From: an uncultured Actinomycetes bacterium
Lineage (GTDB): Bacteria > Actinomycetota > Thermoleophilia > Gaiellales > JAICJC01
Length of the DNA stretch: 64,000 nt
Assembly: GCA_963794415.1 (NCBI GenBank)
Contig: CAWCDI010000002.1
Location: forward strand, 413,930 to 477,929
Direction: 5' to 3'
Shown here: positions 9,252 to 18,513 of the stretch, in pieces
Layout of the letters: every line of letters begins with the position of its first letter
Position numbering within the stretch: the stretch's first letter is position 1
Made by a program: the position numbers and the translations under genes
The notes under the pieces: generated by a model
The model's database searches: none
The model's input: the letters and a program-made list of their open reading frames with translations, nothing else
What the model was told of the DNA's origin: nothing

Positions 9252-10604
9252 GTGGGCAAGACCGTTGAACTACGCACCGAGGTACCGGGCCCGAAGTCGA
9301 AGGCGATCCTCGACCGCAAGCAGCAGGTGATCGCGAACTTCAAGGACATCTACATGCCGGTGGTGATCGACCACGGGCACGGGTGCGTCATCACCGACGT
9401 GGATGGAAACACGTTCCTCGACTGGTCCGGCGGCATCGGCTGCCTCAACGTCGGCCACACCAACGCCGCGGTGTCCGCGGCGCTGCACGCCCAGATCGAT
9501 AAGTTCCTGCACACCGACTTCACGATCGTGCCCTACGAGCCGTACGTGGAGCTCGCTGAGCGGCTGCTCGCAAAGACGCCCATCTCCGGCCCCAAGAAGG
9601 CCGCGTTCTTCAACTCGGGCGCCGAGGCCGTCGAGAACGCCGTGAAGGTCGCAAAGCTCGCGACAGGCCGCCACGCGGTGATCGCGTTCGAGGGCGCGTT
9701 CCACGGGCGCACGCTGATGGCCATGTCGCTCACGTCCAAGCCGCATCCCTACAAGGCCGGCATGGGGCCCTTCGCGCCCGAGGTCTACCGGGCGCCGTTC
9801 CCCAACCCCTACCGCTGGACGGGGAGCGATCCCGCAGGCGTCGCGCTCAGGGAGCTGCGGCGCATGTTCACCACCCACGTTGCGGCCGAGAACGTGGCCG
9901 CGATCATCGTCGAGCCGGTGCAGGGCGAGGGCGGCTTCGTCGTGCCCGCGGAGGGGTTCCTGCAGGGCCTTCGCGAGATCTGTGACGAGCACGGGATCGT
10001 GCTGATCGCCGACGAGGTGCAGTCGGGCTTCGGGCGTACCGGCAAGATGTTCGCGATCGAGCACTCCGGCGTCGAGCCCGACCTGATCGCGGTCGCCAAG
10101 TCGATCGCGGCCGGCGTGCCGATGTCGGGCGTGCTCGGCCGGGCCGAGCTGATGGATGCGCCGCACGACTCGGCCATCGGCGGCACCTACGTCGGCTCGC
10201 CGCTGGGATGCGTCGCGTCGCTCGCGGTGCTCGACGAGATCGAGAGCCGCGACCTCCTCTCGCGCGGTACCCAGATCGGCGAGCGCATCCGCTCGCGCTT
10301 CGAGGGCTTCGCGCGGCTCCACCCGCAGGTGGGCGACGTGCGCGGCCTGGGGCCGATGCTCGCGATCGAGTTCGTGTCCGACCCCGAGACGAAGGAGCCG
10401 TCGGCGGCCATCGCCACGGCGGTGGTGGAGCACGCGGCCCAGCACGGGCTGATCCTCCTCAAGGCCGGTCTCGACGGGAACTGCATCCGCGTGCTGGTGC
10501 CGCTGGTGGCAACCGACGAGCAGCTCGACGAGGCGCTCGACATCCTGTCCGGCGCCATCGCGGCCGCCTGCGGCGCTCCCGCGCTCGCAGCAGCCGGAGA
10601 CTAG
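9252..10604 (+). CDS. gabT: 4-aminobutyrate aminotransferase (class III PLP aminotransferase)
   Basis: Class III aminotransferase motifs (DWSGGIGCLNVGH, FFNSGAEAVENAVK, IADEVQSGFGRTG, AKSI PLP lysine region). GTG 9252 is preceded by GGAGG. Confidence 0.88.
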   Translation: MGKTVELRTEVPGPKSKAILDRKQQVIANFKDIYMPVVIDHGHGCVITDVDGNTFLDWSGGIGCLNVGHTNAAVSAALHAQIDKFLHTDFTIVPYEPYVELAERLLAKTPISGPKKAAFFNSGAEAVENAVKVAKLATGRHAVIAFEGAFHGRTLMAMSLTSKPHPYKAGMGPFAPEVYRAPFPNPYRWTGSDPAGVALRELRRMFTTHVAAENVAAIIVEPVQGEGGFVVPAEGFLQGLREICDEHGIVLIADEVQSGFGRTGKMFAIEHSGVEPDLIAVAKSIAAGVPMSGVLGRAELMDAPHDSAIGGTYVGSPLGCVASLAVLDEIESRDLLSRGTQIGERIRSRFEGFARLHPQVGDVRGLGPMLAIEFVSDPETKEPSAAIATAVVEHAAQHGLILLKAGLDGNCIRVLVPLVATDEQLDEALDILSGAIAAACGAPALAAAGD

Positions 10605-11791
10605 GCAGTGACCAGGCGTCCTGATGCCCGCATCGCGGGCACCAGGATGCCCGCTGCCAGCACGCAGCCCACTCCGGCCAGCGCGTAGGCACCGCGCACG
10701 CCCAGCACGTTGATGATCACGCCGGCGGCGGGGAACGACATCGCAAACGCGATGGACGCCGCCGCCTCGCCCGCGGCGTTCACCCGCGCGCGGACGGCGT
10801 CAGGCGTGAAGCGCTGCATGATGGTGAGCTCGGCGACGCTCACCATGCCCTCCGAGAACCCGGCCAGCATCATCCCGGCCATCGCGACCACGAACACCGG
10901 CGCCATCGCGACCACGAAGAAGCCCGCGCCGATCATGACGCAGCCCCAGATCATGGTGGCGCCCTCGTTGATGCGCGCCGTGACGCGGCCCAGGAACGAG
11001 CCGGCGATGGCGCCGCCGCCCCAGCACGCCGCGATCAGGCCGTAGCCCGCCGCCCCCTGGCCGAAGAGGTGGGCCAGGGGCAGCTCGGCCACCAGGATCG
11101 GCCCCAGAAGCAGCAGGAGCACCATCCACGCGAGCGTGATGCCGCGAAGCACCGGCGAGTGCCAGATGAAGACGAAGCCCGCCCTGAGGTGCCCGTGCTC
11201 CTCGTGTCCCTCGCCCGGCCGCGCGGCGCGGCCCCCGAAGCTGCCCGAGATCGACGCCACCAGCGCCGCCGACACCACGAAGCCCACCGCGCCGATGCCG
11301 AACACCGCCGACGACCCTACGGCAGCGGCGAGCACGCCCCCCACGAGCGGGCCCGAGAGCGCGCCGATGTTGCGGCCCACCGACACCGTCGAGTTGGCCC
11401 ACTCCAGGCGGTCGTCGGTGACGAGGTTGGGCACGCTGGCGCTCGACGCCGGGTTGAACGGCGCCTGGGTGAGCCCTGCGAGCACCGCCAGCGTGATCAG
11501 AAGCGCGGGAGCGTGCGCGAACACCATCCCCACCGCGAAGACGGCAGTGACGAGGTCGGATACCACCATCACCCGGCGGCGGTCGTAGCGGTCGCCGAGC
11601 GCCCCTGCGAAGGGCGCGATGAGGCCGGCGCTGCCGATCACCAGGAAGAGGGCCGCGGCCATCCACGCGGTCGAGTGGGTGCGCGCGTAGACCGCCACCA
11701 TGAGCGCGATCCAGCCCGCCTCCCAGCCCGTCACCGAGATGGCCCGGCTGACTGCGAGGCGGCGAATTGCTGATGTCGGGGCGGTGGTCAC
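10601..11791 (-). CDS. MFS transporter (ENTS/MFS_3-like)
   Basis: About 12 hydrophobic helices, and GALGDRYDRRRVM after TM2. GTG 11791 with GGAG upstream is the preferred start; the ORF opens at 11890. Confidence 0.8.
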   Translation of the reverse strand: MTTAPTSAIRRLAVSRAISVTGWEAGWIALMVAVYARTHSTAWMAAALFLVIGSAGLIAPFAGALGDRYDRRRVMVVSDLVTAVFAVGMVFAHAPALLITLAVLAGLTQAPFNPASSASVPNLVTDDRLEWANSTVSVGRNIGALSGPLVGGVLAAAVGSSAVFGIGAVGFVVSAALVASISGSFGGRAARPGEGHEEHGHLRAGFVFIWHSPVLRGITLAWMVLLLLLGPILVAELPLAHLFGQGAAGYGLIAACWGGGAIAGSFLGRVTARINEGATMIWGCVMIGAGFFVVAMAPVFVVAMAGMMLAGFSEGMVSVAELTIMQRFTPDAVRARVNAAGEAAASIAFAMSFPAAGVIINVLGVRGAYALAGVGCVLAAGILVPAMRASGRLVTA

Positions 11792-11963
11792 GAGGGAATC
11801 TCCAGGCGAGCGGGACGGCGGGGTGGATGCGGCGCGCAGCCGCGCGCCGTTCAACTGAGGAGATTGGATGCCACGCGCCGACGATAGCACAGCCGGAACC
11901 CCTCAAGCCGTCGCCCAGACCGCCGATACAGGTGGCAGTAGCTCCTCATAGCACAAACCACCA

Positions 11964-12392
11964 ATGGCAAGTTTTCAGATCAAACGGATCACACTCCCCA
12001 GCGGCAAGGTGGTCGAGATCGTGTATCTCGCCCCTGCCCAGCAGACGGTCACGGCCGCGGCCGACCACGCCGATCAGGCGCACGTCGAGTTTCCGCTCGT
12101 GCGCCGCATCGAGCTCTGCCCGGCATGCGGCGGAGACCGGGTGCATCCGCTCGACTGGCACGAGGTGTCCGACATGCGCTGGCAGCTGGTGGTGCGCTGT
12201 CCCGACTGTCGCTGGCGCACCTCGGACGTGTTCGAGCAGCCCGAGGTGGAGCGCTACGACGACGTGCTCGCGGCCGACACCGACCGCATGATCGAGGTGC
12301 TCGACCGCGTCACCCGCGAGAACATGCACGAGCAGCTCGAGCGGTTCCGCCGTGCCCTGGAGCACGACGCGATCGAGCCGATGGACTTCTGA
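11964..12392 (+). CDS. hypothetical protein with a zinc-ribbon-like CPAC...CPDC motif
   Basis: 142-aa ORF with plausible composition and two CxxC pairs. I do not recognise a family. Confidence 0.5.
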   Translation: MASFQIKRITLPSGKVVEIVYLAPAQQTVTAAADHADQAHVEFPLVRRIELCPACGGDRVHPLDWHEVSDMRWQLVVRCPDCRWRTSDVFEQPEVERYDDVLAADTDRMIEVLDRVTRENMHEQLERFRRALEHDAIEPMDF

Positions 12393-12393
12393 G

Positions 12394-13242
12394 CTACACG
12401 TTGTTCGAGGCGGCCGCCGGCAGGTGGCTCACCTCGGAGGCGGGCGGCACCGTGACGTTGAGCGGTGCGCCGAAGTCGTAGAGCTCGATGCGGTAGATGA
12501 GCGACCCGTTGAACTGCGGCGAGGTGAGCGAGTACTGCTCGGCCCGCAGGTGGTGCTGGGCGTCGATCCAGAGCTCGAGCGGCATCGTGTCCGAGCCCGT
12601 CAGGGCCTTCAGCTGGTTGATGGAGGGCGTGAGCGCGGCGCGCAGCTGCGGCGACATCGCCTGGAGGGCCTTGTCGAAGCTGACGGTGGTCTTGAAGTGC
12701 GTTGTCGCGACACCGCGGATGGGCTCGGTCCCGACCTTCCTGATCGCTCCCAGCGCGCCGTGGAGGAGCGCGAGCGACTGCTTCGACGTGTCGTTTCCGG
12801 CCTGGAGCTCTGCCTTCAGCGCGCTTCCGTTGGGCAGCGTCGTCGCGTCGACCTTCACCCACGGGCGGGACGGGGGCGCGAACGAGTCGAACGCGGGCGA
12901 CCGCATGTAGAGCGTGGTGCCGAACATGCGCTCCTGCATGTGGATCGCCTTCCCGTCCGCGCCGATCGATGTCACGGACATCGAGTCGCGGAACGGCAGG
13001 CCGGTTGTCAGCGTGCCCGACGTCGAGAGGATCAGGTGGGTCGCAGCCGACTGCGGGGCCTGCGTGATGGTCATCGACATGCGCTCGGTGCTCGCGCGGC
13101 CGGTCGTCTGGGCGACCTGCACGAGCGCCGCCGGCGAGAGCCCCTTCGGCGGCGCGGGGGCGGCGGCCCTGGTGGCCTGGCCGCACGCGGTCAGCGCGAG
13201 GGTGACCGCAGCGAGCGACGCCAGGGTGCGGGCGGGAGCCAT
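12394..13242 (-). CDS. secreted lipoprotein (LolA/LppX-like fold suspected), paralog 1
   Basis: ATG 13242, signal peptide plus lipobox LALTAC. Shares motifs with the neighbouring gene (WIDAQHHLRAEQY / WVDGHGRLRAEQY; FG.P..VT.PPAS). Confidence 0.7.
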   Translation of the reverse strand: MAPARTLASLAAVTLALTACGQATRAAAPAPPKGLSPAALVQVAQTTGRASTERMSMTITQAPQSAATHLILSTSGTLTTGLPFRDSMSVTSIGADGKAIHMQERMFGTTLYMRSPAFDSFAPPSRPWVKVDATTLPNGSALKAELQAGNDTSKQSLALLHGALGAIRKVGTEPIRGVATTHFKTTVSFDKALQAMSPQLRAALTPSINQLKALTGSDTMPLELWIDAQHHLRAEQYSLTSPQFNGSLIYRIELYDFGAPLNVTVPPASEVSHLPAAASNNV

Positions 13243-13291
13243 CACCCCACCATAGGGGCGATGGCCGCCACTGTCCAGGGAATCGGCCCGC

Positions 13292-14113
13292 CTAGCCGCA
13301 GGAGCACCCGGTGATCTGCGACGCCGGCGGCGTCGTGACGTGCACGGGCACCCCGAAGTCGGAGAAGACGATGCGCATCTCGGTGGTACCGGCGGGAGCG
13401 TGGATGGCGTACTGCTCTGCGCGCAGCCGGCCGTGCCCATCCACCCAGAACTGCATCGGGAGCTCGCCGCCGCCGATCGCGCGCTCGATCGCGACCAGCG
13501 CCGGGCGGGCGGTATCGCGGCGCTTCGGGGTCATCCGCGCCAGCACCTTGCCGATGTCGATCTGCGCCCGGTAGTGGGTGACCTTGACGCCGCCGATCTT
13601 GCCCGTTCCCATGTTCTGGACGTCGTTCGACGCGCCCTTCAGGAACGAGACCGCCTGCGTCGCGTTGTTGTTGGACGAGGCGCCGACCGCGGCGATCGCG
13701 CCGCCCGCGACCTTCGAGATGTTGATCGCGATCCAGGGCTTTGCGCCCGGGTCGAGCTTCCTGAAGATCGAGGACTTGATGTAGAGGTTGGGCCAGACGA
13801 CCCGCTCGGTCATGTGCACAGCCTTCGATCCGTCACCGCGCAGCACCAGCGTCATCGCACCACGGGGCTTGCCCGAGGTGGTGAACCTGCCGGACGCAGA
13901 GGTGTAGAGCGTGCCGTGCGCGGTGGGGGTGCGCATGGTGAGGTGCAGGCGCGAGCTTCCGGCCTTCGTGGTGGCCTTGGCGAATGCCGCCAGCGAGGTG
14001 GGCGAGATGTCGGGAGCGTTCGTGGGCGGCGGCAGCGTGTTGGTCGCCTGCCCGCACGCCGTCAGCGCAAGGGTCGCTGCGGCTGCAAGGAGGGGGGCTT
14101 TGAGTGAGAGCAT
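13292..14113 (-). CDS. secreted lipoprotein, paralog 2
   Basis: MLSLKAPLLAAAATLALTAC lipobox. Collinear similarity to 12394..13242. Confidence 0.7.
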   Translation of the reverse strand: MLSLKAPLLAAAATLALTACGQATNTLPPPTNAPDISPTSLAAFAKATTKAGSSRLHLTMRTPTAHGTLYTSASGRFTTSGKPRGAMTLVLRGDGSKAVHMTERVVWPNLYIKSSIFRKLDPGAKPWIAINISKVAGGAIAAVGASSNNNATQAVSFLKGASNDVQNMGTGKIGGVKVTHYRAQIDIGKVLARMTPKRRDTARPALVAIERAIGGGELPMQFWVDGHGRLRAEQYAIHAPAGTTEMRIVFSDFGVPVHVTTPPASQITGCSCG

Positions 14114-14197
14114 GATCGCAACATCGGCAACTTCCCGGGAAGCCTCAAGTGCAGATCGTTTCGTTCACCTCAGGCGGGCAGCTGGTAGGTTCTGGGC

Positions 14198-15559
14198 GTG
14201 CCCGCTGCCCTCGTCACGAACGCCTCCGGGCACCTCCAGATCGACGGCTGCGACGTGGTCGATCTGGTTGCCGAGCACGGTGCGCCGCTCTGGGTCATCT
14301 CGGAGTCCACCGTGCGCGCGAACTACCGGCGCCTGCGTGACGCGTTCCGGCGCGTCTACCCGGCGACGTCGGTGCTCTATGCGACGAAGGCCAATCCCGA
14401 GCCGGCGATCATCCGGGTTGCGCTCTCCGAGGGCGCGATGGTGGATGCGGTGACGATGGGGCACCTGCGGCTGATCGAGCGCGCAGGCGGTTTGCCCGGC
14501 CAGATCGTCTTCAACGGCAACTCGAAGACCGAGGCGGAGCTGCAGTGGGCGCTCGACCGCCGGATCGGCATGATCAACGTGGACTCCCTCGAGGAGATGG
14601 AGCTGATCGCGCGCCTTGCCCCCGGTGCCGAGCCGGACGGGCGACGGCAGCCGGTGTGCCTGCGCGTGGCCGTGGACGGCGCCCGGCTCGCGGCTCACGA
14701 CCGGGAGCTCGCAGCGTCGGAGTGGCTGGGGAAGTTCGGCATGGATCGCACCGACCTGCTCGCCGCCGCCGAGATCGCGCGGAGCCACCCGGGCATCGAG
14801 CTCGCCGGCCTCCACAACCACCTCGGCTACCCGGGATACGGTGACACCTACACGCCGGCGCTCGACCTGGAGCGGCACACGCTCTACGTGCTCGAGACCC
14901 TCGAGATCGCGCGTGAGCTGCACGATCTGGGCGACATGCTGCGCGTGCTGAACCTGGGCGGCGGCTATCGCGTGGGCAACCCCGAGGGCTTTGGCCCGGG
15001 CCGGCAGCGGGCGTTTCCCACGGCGGATGAGTACGCGTCGGCGATCGCCGGCACGGTCGCGCGCGTATGTGAGGAGTGGAGCCTCGGAACGCCCGAGCTG
15101 ATCCTCGAGGCCGGCGGGTATCTGGTGTCCGACGCCGTCGTTCTGGTCGGCCGGGTGGGGCTCTCCAAGTCCCGCCGCTCGGGAGCTGATGAGCGCCGCT
15201 GGGCCTTCCTGGAGGACACCTCGAGCTATCACTTCGTGCGGCGGCTGATCTACGGCTTCTACCACCACGCGGTGATTGCCAACAGGATGGAAGAGCCGCC
15301 GGCCGGGCCGGTCTCGATCGCCGGCCCGATCTGTGCGGACGACGACGTGGTTCTCGATGTCGCGCTGCCCGAGCCACGACGGGGCGATCTGGTCGCGGTG
15401 CTCGACAACGGCTCGTACTGCGAGGCGATCACCACCGACTACTGCGCCGTGCCGATTCCTGCGGCCGTGATGGTGTCGGACGGCCGGTCGGCGATCACCC
15501 GGCGCCGCGAGACCGTGGACGACCTGGTTGCCCGCTTCGACGTGCCCGGCTGGCTCTAG
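14198..15559 (+). CDS. PLP-dependent decarboxylase, Orn/DAP/Arg decarboxylase family 2 (LysA-like)
   Basis: YATKANPEP (PLP lysine), LNLGGGY and a C-terminal beta-barrel region (GPICADDDV). GTG start. Confidence 0.8.
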   Translation: MPAALVTNASGHLQIDGCDVVDLVAEHGAPLWVISESTVRANYRRLRDAFRRVYPATSVLYATKANPEPAIIRVALSEGAMVDAVTMGHLRLIERAGGLPGQIVFNGNSKTEAELQWALDRRIGMINVDSLEEMELIARLAPGAEPDGRRQPVCLRVAVDGARLAAHDRELAASEWLGKFGMDRTDLLAAAEIARSHPGIELAGLHNHLGYPGYGDTYTPALDLERHTLYVLETLEIARELHDLGDMLRVLNLGGGYRVGNPEGFGPGRQRAFPTADEYASAIAGTVARVCEEWSLGTPELILEAGGYLVSDAVVLVGRVGLSKSRRSGADERRWAFLEDTSSYHFVRRLIYGFYHHAVIANRMEEPPAGPVSIAGPICADDDVVLDVALPEPRRGDLVAVLDNGSYCEAITTDYCAVPIPAAVMVSDGRSAITRRRETVDDLVARFDVPGWL

Positions 15560-16611
15560 TACGCGTACTGCTGGGCGTCGCGATGGCGCTCGAGGGCGAG
15601 CTCGATGAGCCGCTGCAGGAGCTCTGCGTACGGGATGCCCGAGGCTTCGAAGAGCTGGGCGTAGACGCTGGTCTGCGTGAAGCCCGGGATGGTGTTGATC
15701 TCGTTCAGCACCACCTGGTCGTCGTCGGTGACGAAGAAGTCGATGCGGGCCATCCCGGCGCACTCGCAGCGGGCGAAGGCGATGCGCGCGGCCAGCTGCA
15801 GCGCGTCGGTCGCCTCGGGGCTGATCGGCGCCGGGATCACGAGGTTCATCGCGCCGGGCGTGTACTTGGCGTCGAAGTCGTACCAGTCTGCCTCGATGGT
15901 GATCTCACCGGGCAGGCTCACGATGGGCTCGGCGTTTCCGAGCACCCCGACCTCCACCTCCCGGCCCACCACCATCTGCTCGACGAGCACCTTCGAGTCG
16001 TGCCGGAACGCCAGCTCGAGCGCGGGTGCGAGCTCCTCGATGCTGGTGATCTTGCTGATGCCGACGCTCGACCCGAGGCGCGCGGGCTTCACGAAGCAGG
16101 GCGGCGCGATGCCGGCCGCGGCCAGCTCGGCCTCGTGGTCGTGCTTCACGCCCGCGCGGAAGGTGACGCTCGGTGCGGTGGCGATGCCGGCGCTCGCGAG
16201 CAGTGGCTTGACCAGATCCTTGTCCATGGTGAGCGCCGAGCCGGCGACACCCGATCCGACGTAGGGCAGGCCCACCATCTCGAGCATGCCCTGCACCGTG
16301 CCGTCCTCGCCGAACGGCCCGTGCAGGATGGGCAGGACGACGTCGATGGGCGCGATCGCCCCGTCGCCGTGCGTGAGCGCGCCCGGGCGCTGGACCAGCG
16401 CCGTCGAGGCGTTGCCCGGTGCCAGCGCGAGTGTCTCTCCCGCCTGCAGCGCCCATGCTCCCTGCCGGTCGATCTCGATTGCAACCACGTCGTACCGATC
16501 CGGATCGAGGGCGGCGATCACCGATCGGCCGGACTGCACGGAGATGTCGTGCTCGGAGCTTCGGCCGCCGTAGAGCACGGCCACGCGGATGCGCGGCTGG
16601 GGCCCGCTCAT
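15556..16611 (-). CDS. ddl: D-alanine--D-alanine ligase
   Basis: RVAVLYGGRSSEHDISVQSG, an ATP-grasp region and EINTIPGFT. ATG 16611 lies in an ATGA overlap with the pknB stop. Confidence 0.93.
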   Translation of the reverse strand: MSGPQPRIRVAVLYGGRSSEHDISVQSGRSVIAALDPDRYDVVAIEIDRQGAWALQAGETLALAPGNASTALVQRPGALTHGDGAIAPIDVVLPILHGPFGEDGTVQGMLEMVGLPYVGSGVAGSALTMDKDLVKPLLASAGIATAPSVTFRAGVKHDHEAELAAAGIAPPCFVKPARLGSSVGISKITSIEELAPALELAFRHDSKVLVEQMVVGREVEVGVLGNAEPIVSLPGEITIEADWYDFDAKYTPGAMNLVIPAPISPEATDALQLAARIAFARCECAGMARIDFFVTDDDQVVLNEINTIPGFTQTSVYAQLFEASGIPYAELLQRLIELALERHRDAQQYAY

Positions 16612-18503
16612 GTCGTGGGCGGGGTGGTCGCGCAGCTCGGGTCGGTGGGCGTGTAGACCCAGAGGTTGTAGTAGACCGTTGAGCCCTGGGTCGCCGACTG
16701 GCCGCCGGCCGGATTCTGGTTCTTGACGGTGTTGTCCTTGCTCGGATCGCACGTGACGATCGTCTGGCGCCCGGGCCGGAAGCCGTTGGCGCTGATCGCG
16801 GAGCGTGCCGCCGAGTCCGACAGGTTGGTCACATCGGGGACGGTGCCCTGACCGGGACCGCTCGAGACGACGACCGTCACCGTAGACCCCTGGTCGGCGA
16901 GCGCACCGCCGCCCGGATTGGTCGAGATCACGTGGCCCTGGGGCACCGTCGTGCTGTTCTCGTCGTCGCGCGTCGCCGAGAGCGTCTGGCTCTGGAGCTT
17001 GCTCGCAGCCTGGTTGTAATCGCTGTTGCTGGAGATCGACGGGACGACCACCTGGCCAGACGCGATGTTGATGGTGACGTTGGTGGTTACAGGGACGCTC
17101 TTGCCCGCCGCCGGGATGGTCGAGACGACGTTGCCCTTGCTCTGTGCCGGGGAGTTCACCGTGTTCTGCGTGAACACCGTGAAGCCCTGAGCCTTGAGGG
17201 CAGTGATCGCGTCGTCAGCCGACTGCCCCGCGTAGTTTCCGATGTCGCCGGTCTTCGGGCCGCCGCTCACGTTGAGCTTGACCGAGGTGTTCGGGTCGAC
17301 CTTGGACCCTCCGCCCGGACTGGTGTTGACGATGGTGCCGATCTTCTCGGTGGATGCGATCTTCGGACAGGTGCCCTTCAACCCGATCCCATGGAGCTGC
17401 GCGAGTCCCTGCTGGCAGTCCTTCCCCACGAGGCTCTTGGGCACTGTGACCTGATCGGCACTGCTGTCGCCGTTGATCTGGTGGAACACGATGTACCCGA
17501 TCGCCGCCGCCAGGATCAGGAAGAGCACCACGAGCAGCCACGGCCACACGCTGCGCTTGGGCTGGGGCCGCTGCGGCGGCGGAGGGGGCGGCAGGACGGT
17601 GGTTGCCGCGGCCTGCTGGGCCGAGATCACCTGCGTGGCCTGCGCGGTATCCGACGACACGGCGCCGCCGCGCGACACGCGCCGCAGCTCGTCAGCCATG
17701 GCGCGCGCCGACGAGTGCCGGAGCGCCGGGTCCTTCGCGAGCGCGCGCATCACGACCTGCTCGAGGTCGGGCGACACCAGCCGGTTCTTGCTGCGAAGCG
17801 ACGGCGGCTGGTCGGAGACCTGCTTCATCGCGATGTCCACCGCGCCGTCGCCGGTAAATGGCAGCTCGCCCGTGAGCATCTCGAAGAGCACGATGCCCAT
17901 CGAGTAGAGATCGGACTGGGGCCCCACGGCCTGGCCGCGCGCCTGCTCGGGTGAGAGGTACTGCGCCGTGCCGACGATGGAGCCGACCTCCGTCATCTCC
18001 TGCGTGTTCTGGGCCCGGGCGATGCCGAAATCGGTGACCTTCAGCCGGTTGTCGTGCGTGAGCACCATGTTGTGCGGCTTCACGTCGCGGTGGATGATCC
18101 CGCGCCTGTGGGCGAAGTCGAGCGCGTCGAGCGCCTGCGTCGCCCAGCCGATGGCCTCGGCCTCGGGCAGCGGCGCGCGCTTGGTGATCTCCTGCTTGAG
18201 CGTGGGCCCGTCGAGGAACTCCATCGCGATGTAGTAGGTGCCCTCGGCCTCGCCCCGGTCGTACACGGCGACGATGTTGGGGTGGTTCAGGCCGGCCGCT
18301 GCCGAGGCCTCGCGGCGGAAGCGCTCGACGAACCCGTCGTCGCGGGCATAGCGGTCGGAGAGGATCTTGATGGCCACCTCGCGGCCCAGCGTCTCGTCGG
18401 TGGCCAGGTACACGTCGGCCATCCCGCCCGACCCGAGCCGTCGCTCGAGCAGGTAGCGGTTGTCGAAGAGCTTTCCGTTGTTGAGGTGGTGGTCGGGGTC
18501 CAT
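16608..18503 (-). CDS. pknB: Ser/Thr protein kinase with extracellular PASTA repeats (PknB-type)
   Basis: GSGGMADVY, VAIK, HRDVKPHN, DFG and SPEQ, then one TM and repeated PASTA-like modules. Confidence 0.93.
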   Translation of the reverse strand: MDPDHHLNNGKLFDNRYLLERRLGSGGMADVYLATDETLGREVAIKILSDRYARDDGFVERFRREASAAAGLNHPNIVAVYDRGEAEGTYYIAMEFLDGPTLKQEITKRAPLPEAEAIGWATQALDALDFAHRRGIIHRDVKPHNMVLTHDNRLKVTDFGIARAQNTQEMTEVGSIVGTAQYLSPEQARGQAVGPQSDLYSMGIVLFEMLTGELPFTGDGAVDIAMKQVSDQPPSLRSKNRLVSPDLEQVVMRALAKDPALRHSSARAMADELRRVSRGGAVSSDTAQATQVISAQQAAATTVLPPPPPPQRPQPKRSVWPWLLVVLFLILAAAIGYIVFHQINGDSSADQVTVPKSLVGKDCQQGLAQLHGIGLKGTCPKIASTEKIGTIVNTSPGGGSKVDPNTSVKLNVSGGPKTGDIGNYAGQSADDAITALKAQGFTVFTQNTVNSPAQSKGNVVSTIPAAGKSVPVTTNVTINIASGQVVVPSISSNSDYNQAASKLQSQTLSATRDDENSTTVPQGHVISTNPGGGALADQGSTVTVVVSSGPGQGTVPDVTNLSDSAARSAISANGFRPGRQTIVTCDPSKDNTVKNQNPAGGQSATQGSTVYYNLWVYTPTDPSCATTPPTT

Positions 18504-18513
18504 GTGCGAATGC

